A stretch of 64,000 nucleotides of DNA, from the NCBI GenBank assembly GCA_964462525.1, contig CAYWWY010000002.1:193493-257492 (forward strand), given 5' to 3'. Below, piece after piece: positions 11,948 through 21,198 of the stretch. The notes beneath the pieces were generated by a model. That model had not been told where the DNA came from. It saw nothing but the letters and a program-made list of their open reading frames with translations, and searched no databases. This DNA comes from an uncultured Thermotogaceae bacterium (GTDB taxonomy: Bacteria; Thermotogota; Thermotogae; MWEM01). A program made the translations under genes and the position numbers. The first letter of the stretch is position 1, and each line of letters opens with the position of its first letter.

Positions 11948-13699
11948 ATGTCCTTAATCACCATCCAATTGAATGGGAAAGAGGTGCAAGTTCCTACCGG
12001 ATCGACCATCTTAGAGGCATGTCAACAGCATAATGTGTATGTGCCTACTCTTTGCAATCATCCTAGACTTCCGTCAACAGGGGGATGTAGGGTTTGCGCA
12101 ATAGAAGTGGAAGGCATGCGAAACCTTCAAACCGCCTGTACAACTATCGTAAGCGAAGGTATGGTGGTTAAGACCAAAACAGATCGGGTGGCCTCTGCGA
12201 TCCAGACAAATTTAAGTCTATTGTTGGCCCGTCATCCCAATACCTGCATGACATGTGAATCCAATAATCGATGCGAGTTTCAAGACCTGATCTATCGATA
12301 TGATGTTCCGGACACCTTCGCGGATTTTCATTCCGAATTGTCCGCAATGGATGAGAGCTCTCCTTCACTGATCCGAGATCTGAACAAATGCATTCTTTGC
12401 TCCCGATGTGTCCGGGCTTGCTCTGACATTCAGGGGTTAAATATTTACGGAATCGCTCATCGCGGTTTTGATTCTTTGCCATTAACCGCATTTGATCAAC
12501 CGCTTGCCAATACAAACTGCATCAACTGCGGTCAGTGTTCGGCTTTTTGTCCCACTGGGGCCATTATCGAAAAATCCGCGGTGCACGAAGTTCTTAATGC
12601 CTTGGAAAAGAAAGAGAAGATTCTCATCGCCCAAACCGCACCGTCTACAAGGGTGGCTGTGGGAGAGGAATTTGGTATGGATTCGGGCAGTGTTTCCACA
12701 GGAAAGATGGTTGCCGCCCTCAAGCAATTAGGCTTTGACTATGTTTTTGACACGGATTTTTCCGCGGACTTAACCATTATGGAAGAAGGCAGCGAGTTCC
12801 TCCAGAGGGTAGAAGAAGGGGGTCCGTTCCCGATGTTTACCTCTTGTTGCCCTGGCTGGGTCAATTTTGTCGAAAAGTACTATCCGGAGTACACAGAGAA
12901 TTTATCAAGCGCCAAATCCCCTCAGCAGATGTTGGGCGCAGTGATCAAGACCTATTTCGCAAAAAAACTCAATGTTGACCCATCGCAAATCTATAGTGTA
13001 TCGATTATGCCTTGCACCGCAAAAAAAGATGAAGCCGAACGGCCACAACATTCGAGAGATGGCATGCGAGACGTTGATGCCGTCCTTACTACCCGTGAAC
13101 TTGGCCGATTGATCCGGATCAAGAAGATCCCATACGCAACGCTCCCTGATGAAGCCTACGACAATCCTTTGGGAGAATCAACAGGAGCCGCGGTCATTTT
13201 CGGCGTCACTGGTGGCGTAATGGAAGCGGCATTGCGCACAGCGTATGAACTGAAAACAGGCAAACCTTTGCCTACCCTGAATTTCGAACCAGTGCGCGGG
13301 TTGGAAGGAATAAAAGCTGCGTCTGTCGATGTCAATGGGATTGAAATCAAAGTCGCAGTGACCCATTCGATGGAAAAAGCGCAAGAATTGGTTGGGCAAA
13401 TCCATCGGGGAGAAGTCTTTTATCACTTTGTGGAAGTCATGGCTTGCCAAGGAGGCTGTATTGGCGGTGGCGGACAACCCTACAGCTTGGATGGAAAAAT
13501 CCTTCAAAAACGGATGGCTTCTGTATACTCTATTGACGAACGGATGACTCTACGAAGATCCCATGAGAACCCGTCCATCCAAAAGATCTATGAAGACTTC
13601 TTTGATAAACCATTGAGCCACCTCGCACATGATTTGCTACACACCCATTATACGGACCGAAGCCAAAAAGCTGCCCTTGAAAAAGCGATCCACGAATAA
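11948..13699 (+). CDS. hydA: Monomeric [FeFe]-hydrogenase, CpI-like (M3 architecture)
   Basis: H-cluster motifs TSCCPGW, MPCTAKKDE, EVMACQGGCIGGGGQP; N-terminal plant-type 2Fe-2S (CNHPRLPSTGGCRVC), His-ligated FS4C (HPNTCMTCESNNRC) and two 4Fe-4S ferredoxin motifs. The listed ORF from 11843 overlaps the tRNA, so the start is placed at ATG 11948. Confidence 0.9.
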   Translation: MSLITIQLNGKEVQVPTGSTILEACQQHNVYVPTLCNHPRLPSTGGCRVCAIEVEGMRNLQTACTTIVSEGMVVKTKTDRVASAIQTNLSLLLARHPNTCMTCESNNRCEFQDLIYRYDVPDTFADFHSELSAMDESSPSLIRDLNKCILCSRCVRACSDIQGLNIYGIAHRGFDSLPLTAFDQPLANTNCINCGQCSAFCPTGAIIEKSAVHEVLNALEKKEKILIAQTAPSTRVAVGEEFGMDSGSVSTGKMVAALKQLGFDYVFDTDFSADLTIMEEGSEFLQRVEEGGPFPMFTSCCPGWVNFVEKYYPEYTENLSSAKSPQQMLGAVIKTYFAKKLNVDPSQIYSVSIMPCTAKKDEAERPQHSRDGMRDVDAVLTTRELGRLIRIKKIPYATLPDEAYDNPLGESTGAAVIFGVTGGVMEAALRTAYELKTGKPLPTLNFEPVRGLEGIKAASVDVNGIEIKVAVTHSMEKAQELVGQIHRGEVFYHFVEVMACQGGCIGGGGQPYSLDGKILQKRMASVYSIDERMTLRRSHENPSIQKIYEDFFDKPLSHLAHDLLHTHYTDRSQKAALEKAIHE

Positions 13700-13727
13700 G
13701 GATTTGGTCCAAACAAGGATTACTATA

Positions 13728-13763
13728 GGAAGCATGGGCACTTGGACCATGCTTCCTTTTTTT
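13728..13763 (+). terminator. Rho-independent terminator after hydA
   Basis: ggaagcatgg-gcacttggac-ccatgcttcc stem followed by ttttttt. Confidence 0.7.
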
Positions 13764-13797
13764 GGATAAGGACAAATCTTTGGGGAGGATTTTTCTT

Positions 13798-14592
13798 TTG
13801 CTCAAACGATTCATTCAAAACAGGATGTTCCTATTTATGCTCAGTATCCTATTGCTTGGGATTGTGTGGGAGTTGCTCTCGATCTGGATTGGATCTTCTC
13901 TCATTATCCCTTCCCCTGTTCAGGTCATCCAGACTCTTTTCGCCCTCTTTCAATCCCCGCAAATATGGAATGCGCTTCTCTCCACTTTTGGTAAGGGCTT
14001 GTTGGGAATGGTCATCTCTTTAGGGCTTGGAATACCGATTGGTTTTGTGATTGGTCTGTTCCCGTTGCTTGATCCCTTTTTTCAACCGTTTTTGATGATT
14101 CTCCGCGCGATGCCGATCGTTTCCTGGTTAACCAGCGTTCTGGTCTTGTGGGGAATGGGGTGGCAGTCTCCTTTATTTATCGTGGTCGTGACGCTCTTGC
14201 CCTTGATCATTTACAATGTCGCATCCGGTGTTCGTTCGGTCAATCGGGGGCTTCTTGAGATGGCTCATGTCTTTCGGGTTTCTCTTTGGAATCGCCTTAC
14301 TCAGATATACCTTGGATCAATGTTCCCGTTTCTCTTTTCATCCATCCAAGTTTCGTTGGGTACTATGTGGAAAGCCACGATCGCTGCTGAGTTTCTCATT
14401 GGAGACAGTGGTATTGGACTGCGGATCGCCTGGCATAAAACCTACTTGGAAACGGACCGGGTTCTTGCCTATACTCTCCTTGCTGTTGCATGCGGAATCG
14501 CATTCGAATATCTTTTAATTGGGATATCTTCTCTCCCATGGTTTCGTCGATGGAAACTGAACAAAAACACCTATGGGGATACGAAAAAATGA
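13798..14592 (+). CDS. ABC transporter permease, NitT/TauT (SsuC/TauC-like) family
   Basis: Polytopic membrane protein with a binding-protein-dependent transport signature. Start uncertain: TTG 13798 with GGAGG 9 nt upstream is preferred over TTG 13762, which lies in the terminator tail. Confidence 0.7.
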   Translation: MLKRFIQNRMFLFMLSILLLGIVWELLSIWIGSSLIIPSPVQVIQTLFALFQSPQIWNALLSTFGKGLLGMVISLGLGIPIGFVIGLFPLLDPFFQPFLMILRAMPIVSWLTSVLVLWGMGWQSPLFIVVVTLLPLIIYNVASGVRSVNRGLLEMAHVFRVSLWNRLTQIYLGSMFPFLFSSIQVSLGTMWKATIAAEFLIGDSGIGLRIAWHKTYLETDRVLAYTLLAVACGIAFEYLLIGISSLPWFRRWKLNKNTYGDTKK

Positions 14593-15281
14593 TTGACATT
14601 CGAGAAGTATGCAAAGACTTTCGAGAAAAAAAAGTGATTCAGAACATCAGTCTGTCTCTTCGCAAGGGAGATCATATCGCTTTAGTAGGGCCCTCTGGGT
14701 GCGGAAAGTCCACTTTGCTTCGATTGATTGCAGGGTTATTGCTTCCTGACTGCGGTTCTGTGGAACGAAGATGCAACCGCCTGGGTTTTGTGTTCCAAGA
14801 CGATCGATTAATTCCTTGGAAAACAGTTCGGAAAAATTTGGCCATTGTTGGAGCTAAAGACTCAGACATCGCGATTATGCTCCAAAAAGTTGGTCTGGAA
14901 CGGGAAGGAGAACGGCCGCCTGTTTTTTTAAGCGGAGGCATGAAACAGAGAGTCAATATTGCCCGCGCACTCTTGTACCACCCGCAATGTCTTCTTTTGG
15001 ATGAACCGTTCCAAAACCTCGACGTGAAAAGTCGGAATCGGTTAATCAAGCTCATCCTTACCGATTGGGTTTCCAAAGATAATGCCTCTATACTGGTCAC
15101 GCACCAGCTTCGGGAAGCTATTGTCTTTTCCCAAAAGATTGTTTTTCTTTCTTCTCCCCCATCAACCATCATCGGCAGCTGGGACATCGACAAGAAAACC
15201 GGAGAATCCGAATGGTCTTTGGATGAGGTCTTGGAAATCGAAAAGGAAATATATCATGTATATCCCAGCATGTTCTTATAA
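14589..15281 (+). CDS. ABC transporter ATP-binding protein (SsuB/TauB-like)
   Basis: Walker A GPSGCGKST, signature LSGGMKQR, Walker B LLLDEP; ATGA overlap with the permease stop. Confidence 0.8.
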   Translation: MIDIREVCKDFREKKVIQNISLSLRKGDHIALVGPSGCGKSTLLRLIAGLLLPDCGSVERRCNRLGFVFQDDRLIPWKTVRKNLAIVGAKDSDIAIMLQKVGLEREGERPPVFLSGGMKQRVNIARALLYHPQCLLLDEPFQNLDVKSRNRLIKLILTDWVSKDNASILVTHQLREAIVFSQKIVFLSSPPSTIIGSWDIDKKTGESEWSLDEVLEIEKEIYHVYPSMFL

Positions 15282-15314
15282 CCCCGAGCTCCAAACGCAG
15301 AGGAAGAACCCTCG

Positions 15315-15632
15315 TTGGTTCTGAAAACCCTTGTTTTTGACTTCCTCCTCGTTCTCACCAGTTCCTTGCTTGGCACATTTGGTCTGTATCCGCTCATGAT
15401 CGGGTTTCTCCTTTTTGGATGGATCGCTGTTCATCGGATTTCTCCGATGTATTCCAGCGCTCACTCGGTAGCCATTGGAATGCAAACGAACATCTACCGA
15501 AATGTTCGTTTGATGAGTCGTACCATGTGGCTTCCACTTTTAACCAGTTGTGGGCAGTATGTACTACTTTCGCTCATTCAACCGTTGATAATCGATGCAG
15601 ACCAAACCCTTCTACTGCTCAAAATGCTCTGA
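15315..15632 (+). CDS. Hypothetical small membrane protein
   Basis: 105-aa ORF with 2-3 predicted hydrophobic helices; no recognisable family; could be non-coding. Confidence 0.3.
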   Translation: MVLKTLVFDFLLVLTSSLLGTFGLYPLMIGFLLFGWIAVHRISPMYSSAHSVAIGMQTNIYRNVRLMSRTMWLPLLTSCGQYVLLSLIQPLIIDADQTLLLLKML

Positions 15633-15730
15633 TATGACGCTCGATTTATCCCGTTTGCCTTCTTCCTATACCTGGTTCCTCTGTTACAGTAGGGAGAAGA
15701 GCTGTTTCAAAAGCGAAAAGGAGGAATTCA

Positions 15731-17080
15731 ATGAAGATTGGAATCATGCACTTTCGTGTGGGTGAGACGGACGGAGTTTCTTTAGAAATTGAAAAGCAGA
15801 TTCAGGCTCTGACTCAAAGAGGCTTTTCGGTCATCCGTATTTCCGGAGAAACCAAAGATGTTGAATCATCCGTATTGGACGGAATCGCTATGAACGACCC
15901 AGAGAACCTGGATATCTTTCACGCCTCGTTTGCGGATTTGGGCACCTTATCTCCCGATGATTTGGAACGGAAGATTCTCAAGAAGGCCAAATCAATTCAG
16001 AAAAAACTGACAACCTTCATCCAACGCGAACAATTGGGTGGTCTGATCGTTCACAATATTTGGGCTTTGGGGTGGAATCTGCCTGCTGCCATTGGAGTAA
16101 CTGAATCAATCAAAGAAACTGGGATACGGGGAATCGGTCACAATCATGACTTTTATTGGGAACGGTCTCAGTATGATCAACCAACCACGCCCTTTATCCA
16201 AAAGATCATGGAGCAGTACCTTCCCCCTTCCGGTCCTGGCTTTTTCCATTTCGTGATCAATCAAATTGCGCAGAATCAGCTCAAGAGACGAAAAGCAATT
16301 CCTAGCGTTGTGCTTCCCAATGTTATGGATTTTCAGGCGCCTATGTGGAAAAGAGACGGGTTTTCCGAAACCATTCGCCCCAAGCTAGGCATTGCTCCGC
16401 ACGATCTGGTATTTTTACAGGCAACCCGGATCCTTCCAAGAAAAGGAATCGAAATGGCTTTTGACTTTATTGAAGCCTTCCAGGAAGTTTTTGCATCACT
16501 TGACCGCTCTTCTCGACAGCCAATTTTTACAGGCGGCCCAATCCTTCAAAAAGATTCTCAAATCCATTTCGTACTTTGTGGATATGCGGAACAACAAGAC
16601 CAGGATTACCTCGCGCTTTTGCACCAAAAGGCGTTAAAACACTCCTATTCGACCCATTTTTGCGGTGATCTGGTAGGTCAGACAAGAAGCGAAAACCCGG
16701 TCCGGTTTTCTTTGTGGGATATGTACACAATGGCGGATATCATAACCTATCCAAGCATTCAAGAAGGGTGGGGCAATCAGCTTCTGGAAGCCATTTTTGC
16801 AAAAAAACTCGTCCTCGGGTACGAGTACCCGGTCTTCCAAACGGATATTGGTCCAAAGGGAATCCGAATCATTTCCTTGGGGTCATCGGCGCAAACAATC
16901 CAAAAAAACCTCCGAGTGGTGCCAAAACCAGACATGGACCGAGCGATACAAATGCTTGCTGACTTGCTTCGTGATCCTGCCGCTGTTCAAGACTGGGTTT
17001 CATCAAACTTCTCGATTGGAAAAGACTGCTTTTCTTTGTCAGTTTTGGGCGATGCCCTTGAGAAAGCTTTTTTCCAATAA
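15731..17080 (+). CDS. GT4-family glycosyltransferase (possibly compatible-solute or glycolipid synthase)
   Basis: 449 aa; C-terminal GT-B motifs (..ATRILPRKGIEMAFD.., ..PSIQEGWGNQLLEAIFAKKLVL..) resemble retaining GT4 enzymes; RBS aaaggagg. Confidence 0.6.
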   Translation: MKIGIMHFRVGETDGVSLEIEKQIQALTQRGFSVIRISGETKDVESSVLDGIAMNDPENLDIFHASFADLGTLSPDDLERKILKKAKSIQKKLTTFIQREQLGGLIVHNIWALGWNLPAAIGVTESIKETGIRGIGHNHDFYWERSQYDQPTTPFIQKIMEQYLPPSGPGFFHFVINQIAQNQLKRRKAIPSVVLPNVMDFQAPMWKRDGFSETIRPKLGIAPHDLVFLQATRILPRKGIEMAFDFIEAFQEVFASLDRSSRQPIFTGGPILQKDSQIHFVLCGYAEQQDQDYLALLHQKALKHSYSTHFCGDLVGQTRSENPVRFSLWDMYTMADIITYPSIQEGWGNQLLEAIFAKKLVLGYEYPVFQTDIGPKGIRIISLGSSAQTIQKNLRVVPKPDMDRAIQMLADLLRDPAAVQDWVSSNFSIGKDCFSLSVLGDALEKAFFQ

Positions 17081-17130
17081 CCAAAAAGCCAGATACGATC
17101 TGAGGGGCAAACTCCTTTTGTCCAAAACCA

Positions 17131-17139
17131 TGATATAAT
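17131..17139 (+). promoter_or_regulatory. Extended -10 promoter element TGATATAAT upstream of fabF
   Basis: Exact TGnTATAAT 64 nt upstream of the fabF start. The same 9-mer occurs upstream of rpmE and of the gene at 37599. Confidence 0.3.
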
Positions 17140-17202
17140 CGAAAGACATTATGGGTATTCCATACACCCTTGTGGGCACAGGATAATGGAGGTGAATCCC
17201 CA

Positions 17203-18435
17203 TTGGGCAGAGTTGCCATTACAGGTCTCGGAACGATTAATCCGATTGCGTTGACCCTTAATGAGTATGAAATGGCTCTGAAAGAATTGCGTGTAGGCAT
17301 CCAACGAATCACGAAATACGATCCAGTCAATGAGATCGTCCAGATTGCGGCAGAAGTAAGAGGGTTTGAAGCAACGGAATATATGGAGAAAAAGAAAGCC
17401 AAGCGGTATGATCCTGTGATCAAATATGCCATTGCGGCATCCAAAATGGCGCTCGAGGATTCAGGACTCGATATGCAAGGGAGTTGGAAGACCCAAGCTG
17501 CTGTCACAGTTTCATCCGGGATTGGCGGTATCCATACGATGATGGCTGAATTCGATTCGTTTCAGAAATTCGGTTCCCGGTACACTTCTCCCTTTTTGAT
17601 CCCCATGATGATCCCAGATATGTCGGCAGGCGCGGTGGCGATGGAGTTTGGATTACAAGGTCCGAACTTTGCAACGATCAGTGCGTGCGCAACTTCTTTG
17701 CACTCCATCATCATAACCGCCATGATGATTCGGCATGGATACATCCAAGTCGGGATCTGTGGCGGAGCGGAAGCGGTCATTTCTCCTCTTCCTATTGCCG
17801 CTTTTGCCAACATGATGGCTCTTTCCCGGAACAACGAAGACCCTGCGCATGCCTCTCGGCCATTCGATCAAGAACGGGACGGGTTTGTCATGGGCGAAGG
17901 TGCTGGAGTGTTGGTGCTGGAGGACCTTTCACACGCCCTAAACCGAAAGGCCCGGATCTATGGGTTTATTGACGGATTTGGAATGAGCGGCGACGCCTAT
18001 GACTTTAGCGCAATCGAACCGGGTGGGGAGACAGTAGCACGAGCGATGAACCATGCCATTGCCATGGCTGGTGTCGCAAAAGAAGATATCGATCTGGTCA
18101 ATTGCCACGCCACCAGTACCCCAAGAGGCGACAAATCGGAACTGATCGCGTTACAAAACCTCTACAGCAGATCAAGCAAAAGACCTGCCCTGCAATCGAC
18201 AAAAGCCATGATTGGCCATGGGCTGGGAGCAGCTGGCGCGAATGAAGTCATTGCTTGCATCCTGCAAACTCAAAGAGGGTTTGTTCACGGAACCGCGAAT
18301 CTATGCAATCCGGACCCGCAAGCGGAAGGGTTTTGGATTCCGACACAAACGATAGAAAAGCCCATCCGTTTTGTCTTGAAAAACTCTCTGGGTTTTGGTG
18401 GTCACAATGCCAGCATCCTTCTCTCGAAGGATTGA
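17203..18435 (+). CDS. fabF: 3-oxoacyl-ACP synthase II
   Basis: KAS II features (N-terminal RVAITGLGTINP, active-site ..ISACATSLH.., C-terminal ..NSLGFGGHNASIL); TTG 17203 preferred, with GGAGGTG 8 nt upstream. Confidence 0.9.
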   Translation: MGRVAITGLGTINPIALTLNEYEMALKELRVGIQRITKYDPVNEIVQIAAEVRGFEATEYMEKKKAKRYDPVIKYAIAASKMALEDSGLDMQGSWKTQAAVTVSSGIGGIHTMMAEFDSFQKFGSRYTSPFLIPMMIPDMSAGAVAMEFGLQGPNFATISACATSLHSIIITAMMIRHGYIQVGICGGAEAVISPLPIAAFANMMALSRNNEDPAHASRPFDQERDGFVMGEGAGVLVLEDLSHALNRKARIYGFIDGFGMSGDAYDFSAIEPGGETVARAMNHAIAMAGVAKEDIDLVNCHATSTPRGDKSELIALQNLYSRSSKRPALQSTKAMIGHGLGAAGANEVIACILQTQRGFVHGTANLCNPDPQAEGFWIPTQTIEKPIRFVLKNSLGFGGHNASILLSKD

Positions 18436-18440
18436 ACGGA

Positions 18441-18887
18441 ATGGAAAGCAAAGAAATCCTTCAGATCGCTCCTCATAAATATCCCATGCTTCTTGTTGAT
18501 CGGATCATTGAATGTACCGAAACATTCGTCCGAGCAATCAAAAACGTCTCGATCAACGAACCGTTTTTTCAAGGGCATTTTCCTTCGCATCCGATATATC
18601 CGGGCATCATGCAAGTCGAAGGGATTGCGCAATCGGCTGGTCTTCTACTCCGCCAGTATTTCCCCGATCCCTCCTCCAATATCCCCCTATTCATGAAAAT
18701 CGAAGAATCCGTTTTCTTAAAAGCGGTCCGCCCTGGAGTCCAAATGATTTACGAAGTGTGGCTTACGCAACGATTGGGAGGTGTTTTCAAACTAAAAGGC
18801 AAGGTAATTGTCAATGGGATTGTTTGCACCAAAACGAAGATTATGGTGGGATGCGTTCCAGCCATCCATGAAAAAGAGACCATATGA
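18441..18887 (+). CDS. fabZ: 3-hydroxyacyl-ACP dehydratase
   Basis: MESKEILQI..PHKYPMLLVDRI..FFQGHFP..PIYPGIMQVEGIAQ is the hot-dog fold FabZ signature. Confidence 0.9.
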   Translation: MESKEILQIAPHKYPMLLVDRIIECTETFVRAIKNVSINEPFFQGHFPSHPIYPGIMQVEGIAQSAGLLLRQYFPDPSSNIPLFMKIEESVFLKAVRPGVQMIYEVWLTQRLGGVFKLKGKVIVNGIVCTKTKIMVGCVPAIHEKETI

Positions 18888-20161
18888 GCAAACCGTCTCA
18901 TAATGTTCATTCATTTCCCGAAGATACCGAGACAATCATCCATCCTGTGCAAACAAAAAAAGACAAACGAAGGTTTAGGGATTTCCCGAGCCATCTACAT
19001 AAAGGACAACTTTATTGGGTCCCTATGCTCCGAAGCATGGAAGCAAAGGTGATACTCAAAGAAGACTCACCTGTCTTAAAGGGAGGACCCCACCAGTTCT
19101 TCCTCGCTCTGAAAAACAACCAATGTGTAGGCCGAATATGCGTTGGGATTGACAAACTGATGAATCAGCAAAAAGGGCAGCGACACGCCCATTTTTTCTT
19201 TTTCGACTGCATAGATGACCGGTCTGTTGCTCGAAAACTGCTTGGCTCTGCTGAGGAGTGGGCCCTTCAGCAAGGGATGGATATGATCAAAGGACCGATT
19301 TCGTTTACCAACGGCGATGATTTTCGTGGAATGCTTTTAGAAGGGTTTGATCGAATCCCACCCCTTTTTTTGGCCTGGAATCCTCCCTACTATCCTCATT
19401 TGATGGAAGGATACGAGCCAATGTTCAATTACTCCGCCTTTGAATATGATCTTCAAAAACCGATCTCGCAGGATCATGAACAATACATAGAGCGAGTTCT
19501 GGAACACTATGGATCCTTCGAACCGGAACAGGTGCGAAAGATGAGCACGCAAGAAAAGATTCAACGCCTGTTTCCTGTCGCCTTTGACCGTTTTGGGTAT
19601 TCAATGGAATCTCCTGATTTTTCGAACATACCCAAAGTGGCTGAAGATTTGAAGTTCCTGTTGAATGAAGCCAATCAAGATTTACAGGAAGACCTCCGCC
19701 AATTCACGCTTGAAGACTGCATTGAAATCATCAAAGAGTTCAAGAAGATGCTGGATCCCTCTTTAGTGGTTTTTTGCGTCTATGGAGGAAAAAAAGTCGG
19801 ATTAGCGGTATGCATTCCCAATTTCAATCCGATCATTCAACGCATTCATGGGAAACTCCTTCCTTTTGGGTGGATCCGATTCCTAAGAGAAAAGAACCGA
19901 ATGAAAAACGCCCGTGGGATAATTTTCTACATTAACAAAGAGCACTTTCAACGAGGCATTTCTGCATTAATGATCTTGAAACTCCACCAAAACTTAACCC
20001 GTATGGGCTTCCGCTCAGTGGAATTCGCGACCATTGAAGAGAAAAACGCTTCCATGATGATGAATATCCGGTATTTGGGTCTTACAGCTTCTCGGAAGTA
20101 TGTTGTCTATGGAAAAGGTCTTTGCGAACGCAGATCGAATCCCATGGCAAATATGCTATAA
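18884..20161 (+). CDS. Hypothetical protein, possible GNAT/FemAB-like acyltransferase fold, translationally coupled to fabZ
   Basis: 425-aa ORF whose ATG overlaps the fabZ stop (ATGA); no motif I can assign with certainty; see findings. Confidence 0.6.
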   Translation: MSKPSHNVHSFPEDTETIIHPVQTKKDKRRFRDFPSHLHKGQLYWVPMLRSMEAKVILKEDSPVLKGGPHQFFLALKNNQCVGRICVGIDKLMNQQKGQRHAHFFFFDCIDDRSVARKLLGSAEEWALQQGMDMIKGPISFTNGDDFRGMLLEGFDRIPPLFLAWNPPYYPHLMEGYEPMFNYSAFEYDLQKPISQDHEQYIERVLEHYGSFEPEQVRKMSTQEKIQRLFPVAFDRFGYSMESPDFSNIPKVAEDLKFLLNEANQDLQEDLRQFTLEDCIEIIKEFKKMLDPSLVVFCVYGGKKVGLAVCIPNFNPIIQRIHGKLLPFGWIRFLREKNRMKNARGIIFYINKEHFQRGISALMILKLHQNLTRMGFRSVEFATIEEKNASMMMNIRYLGLTASRKYVVYGKGLCERRSNPMANML

Positions 20162-20208
20162 TCCATTTGAGTCAGTCCTTTATCAATTCCAACAAAGGGG
20201 GGAAACCT

Positions 20209-21198
20209 ATGGCAATTGAATTTCGCAATCGGCACTTTATAACAACCCAGGATTACTCTGTCGAAGAATTGGCAATGATGCTGGACCTTTCTTTCGATAT
20301 GAAAAAAAAGTTTGCTCTGAGTGAGTCAACCCGCTATTTGCCAGATAAGACGCTGTTTATGATCTTCTTTGACGAATCAACACGAACCCGGAACTCCATG
20401 GAAGCGGGTATGACTCAACTGGGGGGGCATGCCCATTTTTTGGCTCCTTTGCATATGCAAATTTCCCATGGAGAGACCCCTAAAGACACCGCTATGGTCT
20501 TAAGCCGAATGGGACATGGCATTTCGATCCGACACTGCAAACATGGATTTGGCAACTCCTATCTGCGCGGTGTCGCTGAATGGTCGAAAGTGCCTGTGTT
20601 CAACCTTCAAGATGATGTCTACCATCCGTTCCAGGTCATGGCTGACATGATGACCATTCAAGAGCAGTTCGGGAAAGATCCCCGAGGCCTGAAAGTAGTC
20701 GTGTCTTGGGCATACGCGGAATCTCACCTCAAACCACTTTCAGTTCCTCAATCTCAGGTTCTCATGTTCCCTCGATTTGGGATGAATGTCACCCTTGCTT
20801 ATCCCAAAGGGTTCGACTTAATGCCCGAAATTATGGATCAGGCGCGTGAGAATGCACGCAATACAGGAACGAAGCTTGAAGTGGTCCATGAAATGGAAGA
20901 AGCCTTCCGTGACGCCGATGTCATCATTGCGAAAAACTGGGGCGGTTTCTATGTCGGATCGACTGAACAGGAAATCCGGGAAAAACAAGCAGAGCACAAG
21001 GATTGGATTTGTGATCGGAAAAAGATGGATTTGGCCCGCAGTCGAGCCGTTTATATGCATGCCCTGCCAGCGGATCGGAATAAGGAAGTCACCGATGAAA
21101 TCATTGATGGAAAATGGTCTGTCGTGTATGATGAAGCCGAAAACCGCCTCCACACAGCAAAAGCCATAATGGCCCTAACAATGGGGGGGCGTCCTTGA
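20209..21198 (+). CDS. ygeW: YgeW-family knotted carbamoyltransferase
   Basis: STRTR carbamoyl-phosphate motif; long colinear similarity to E. coli YgeW (WAYAESHLKPLSVPQ..FPRFGMNVTLAYPKGFDLMPEI..EHKDWIC..AVYMHALPAD); start at ATG 20209 after RBS aaagggggg. Confidence 0.85.
   Translation: MAIEFRNRHFITTQDYSVEELAMMLDLSFDMKKKFALSESTRYLPDKTLFMIFFDESTRTRNSMEAGMTQLGGHAHFLAPLHMQISHGETPKDTAMVLSRMGHGISIRHCKHGFGNSYLRGVAEWSKVPVFNLQDDVYHPFQVMADMMTIQEQFGKDPRGLKVVVSWAYAESHLKPLSVPQSQVLMFPRFGMNVTLAYPKGFDLMPEIMDQARENARNTGTKLEVVHEMEEAFRDADVIIAKNWGGFYVGSTEQEIREKQAEHKDWICDRKKMDLARSRAVYMHALPADRNKEVTDEIIDGKWSVVYDEAENRLHTAKAIMALTMGGRP

Noticed and set aside
11785-13763. Genomic island integrated at tRNA-Ser
   Set aside because: No integrase, phage gene or repeat of the tRNA 3' end is visible. 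The downstream gene is a typical core fermentative hydrogenase.
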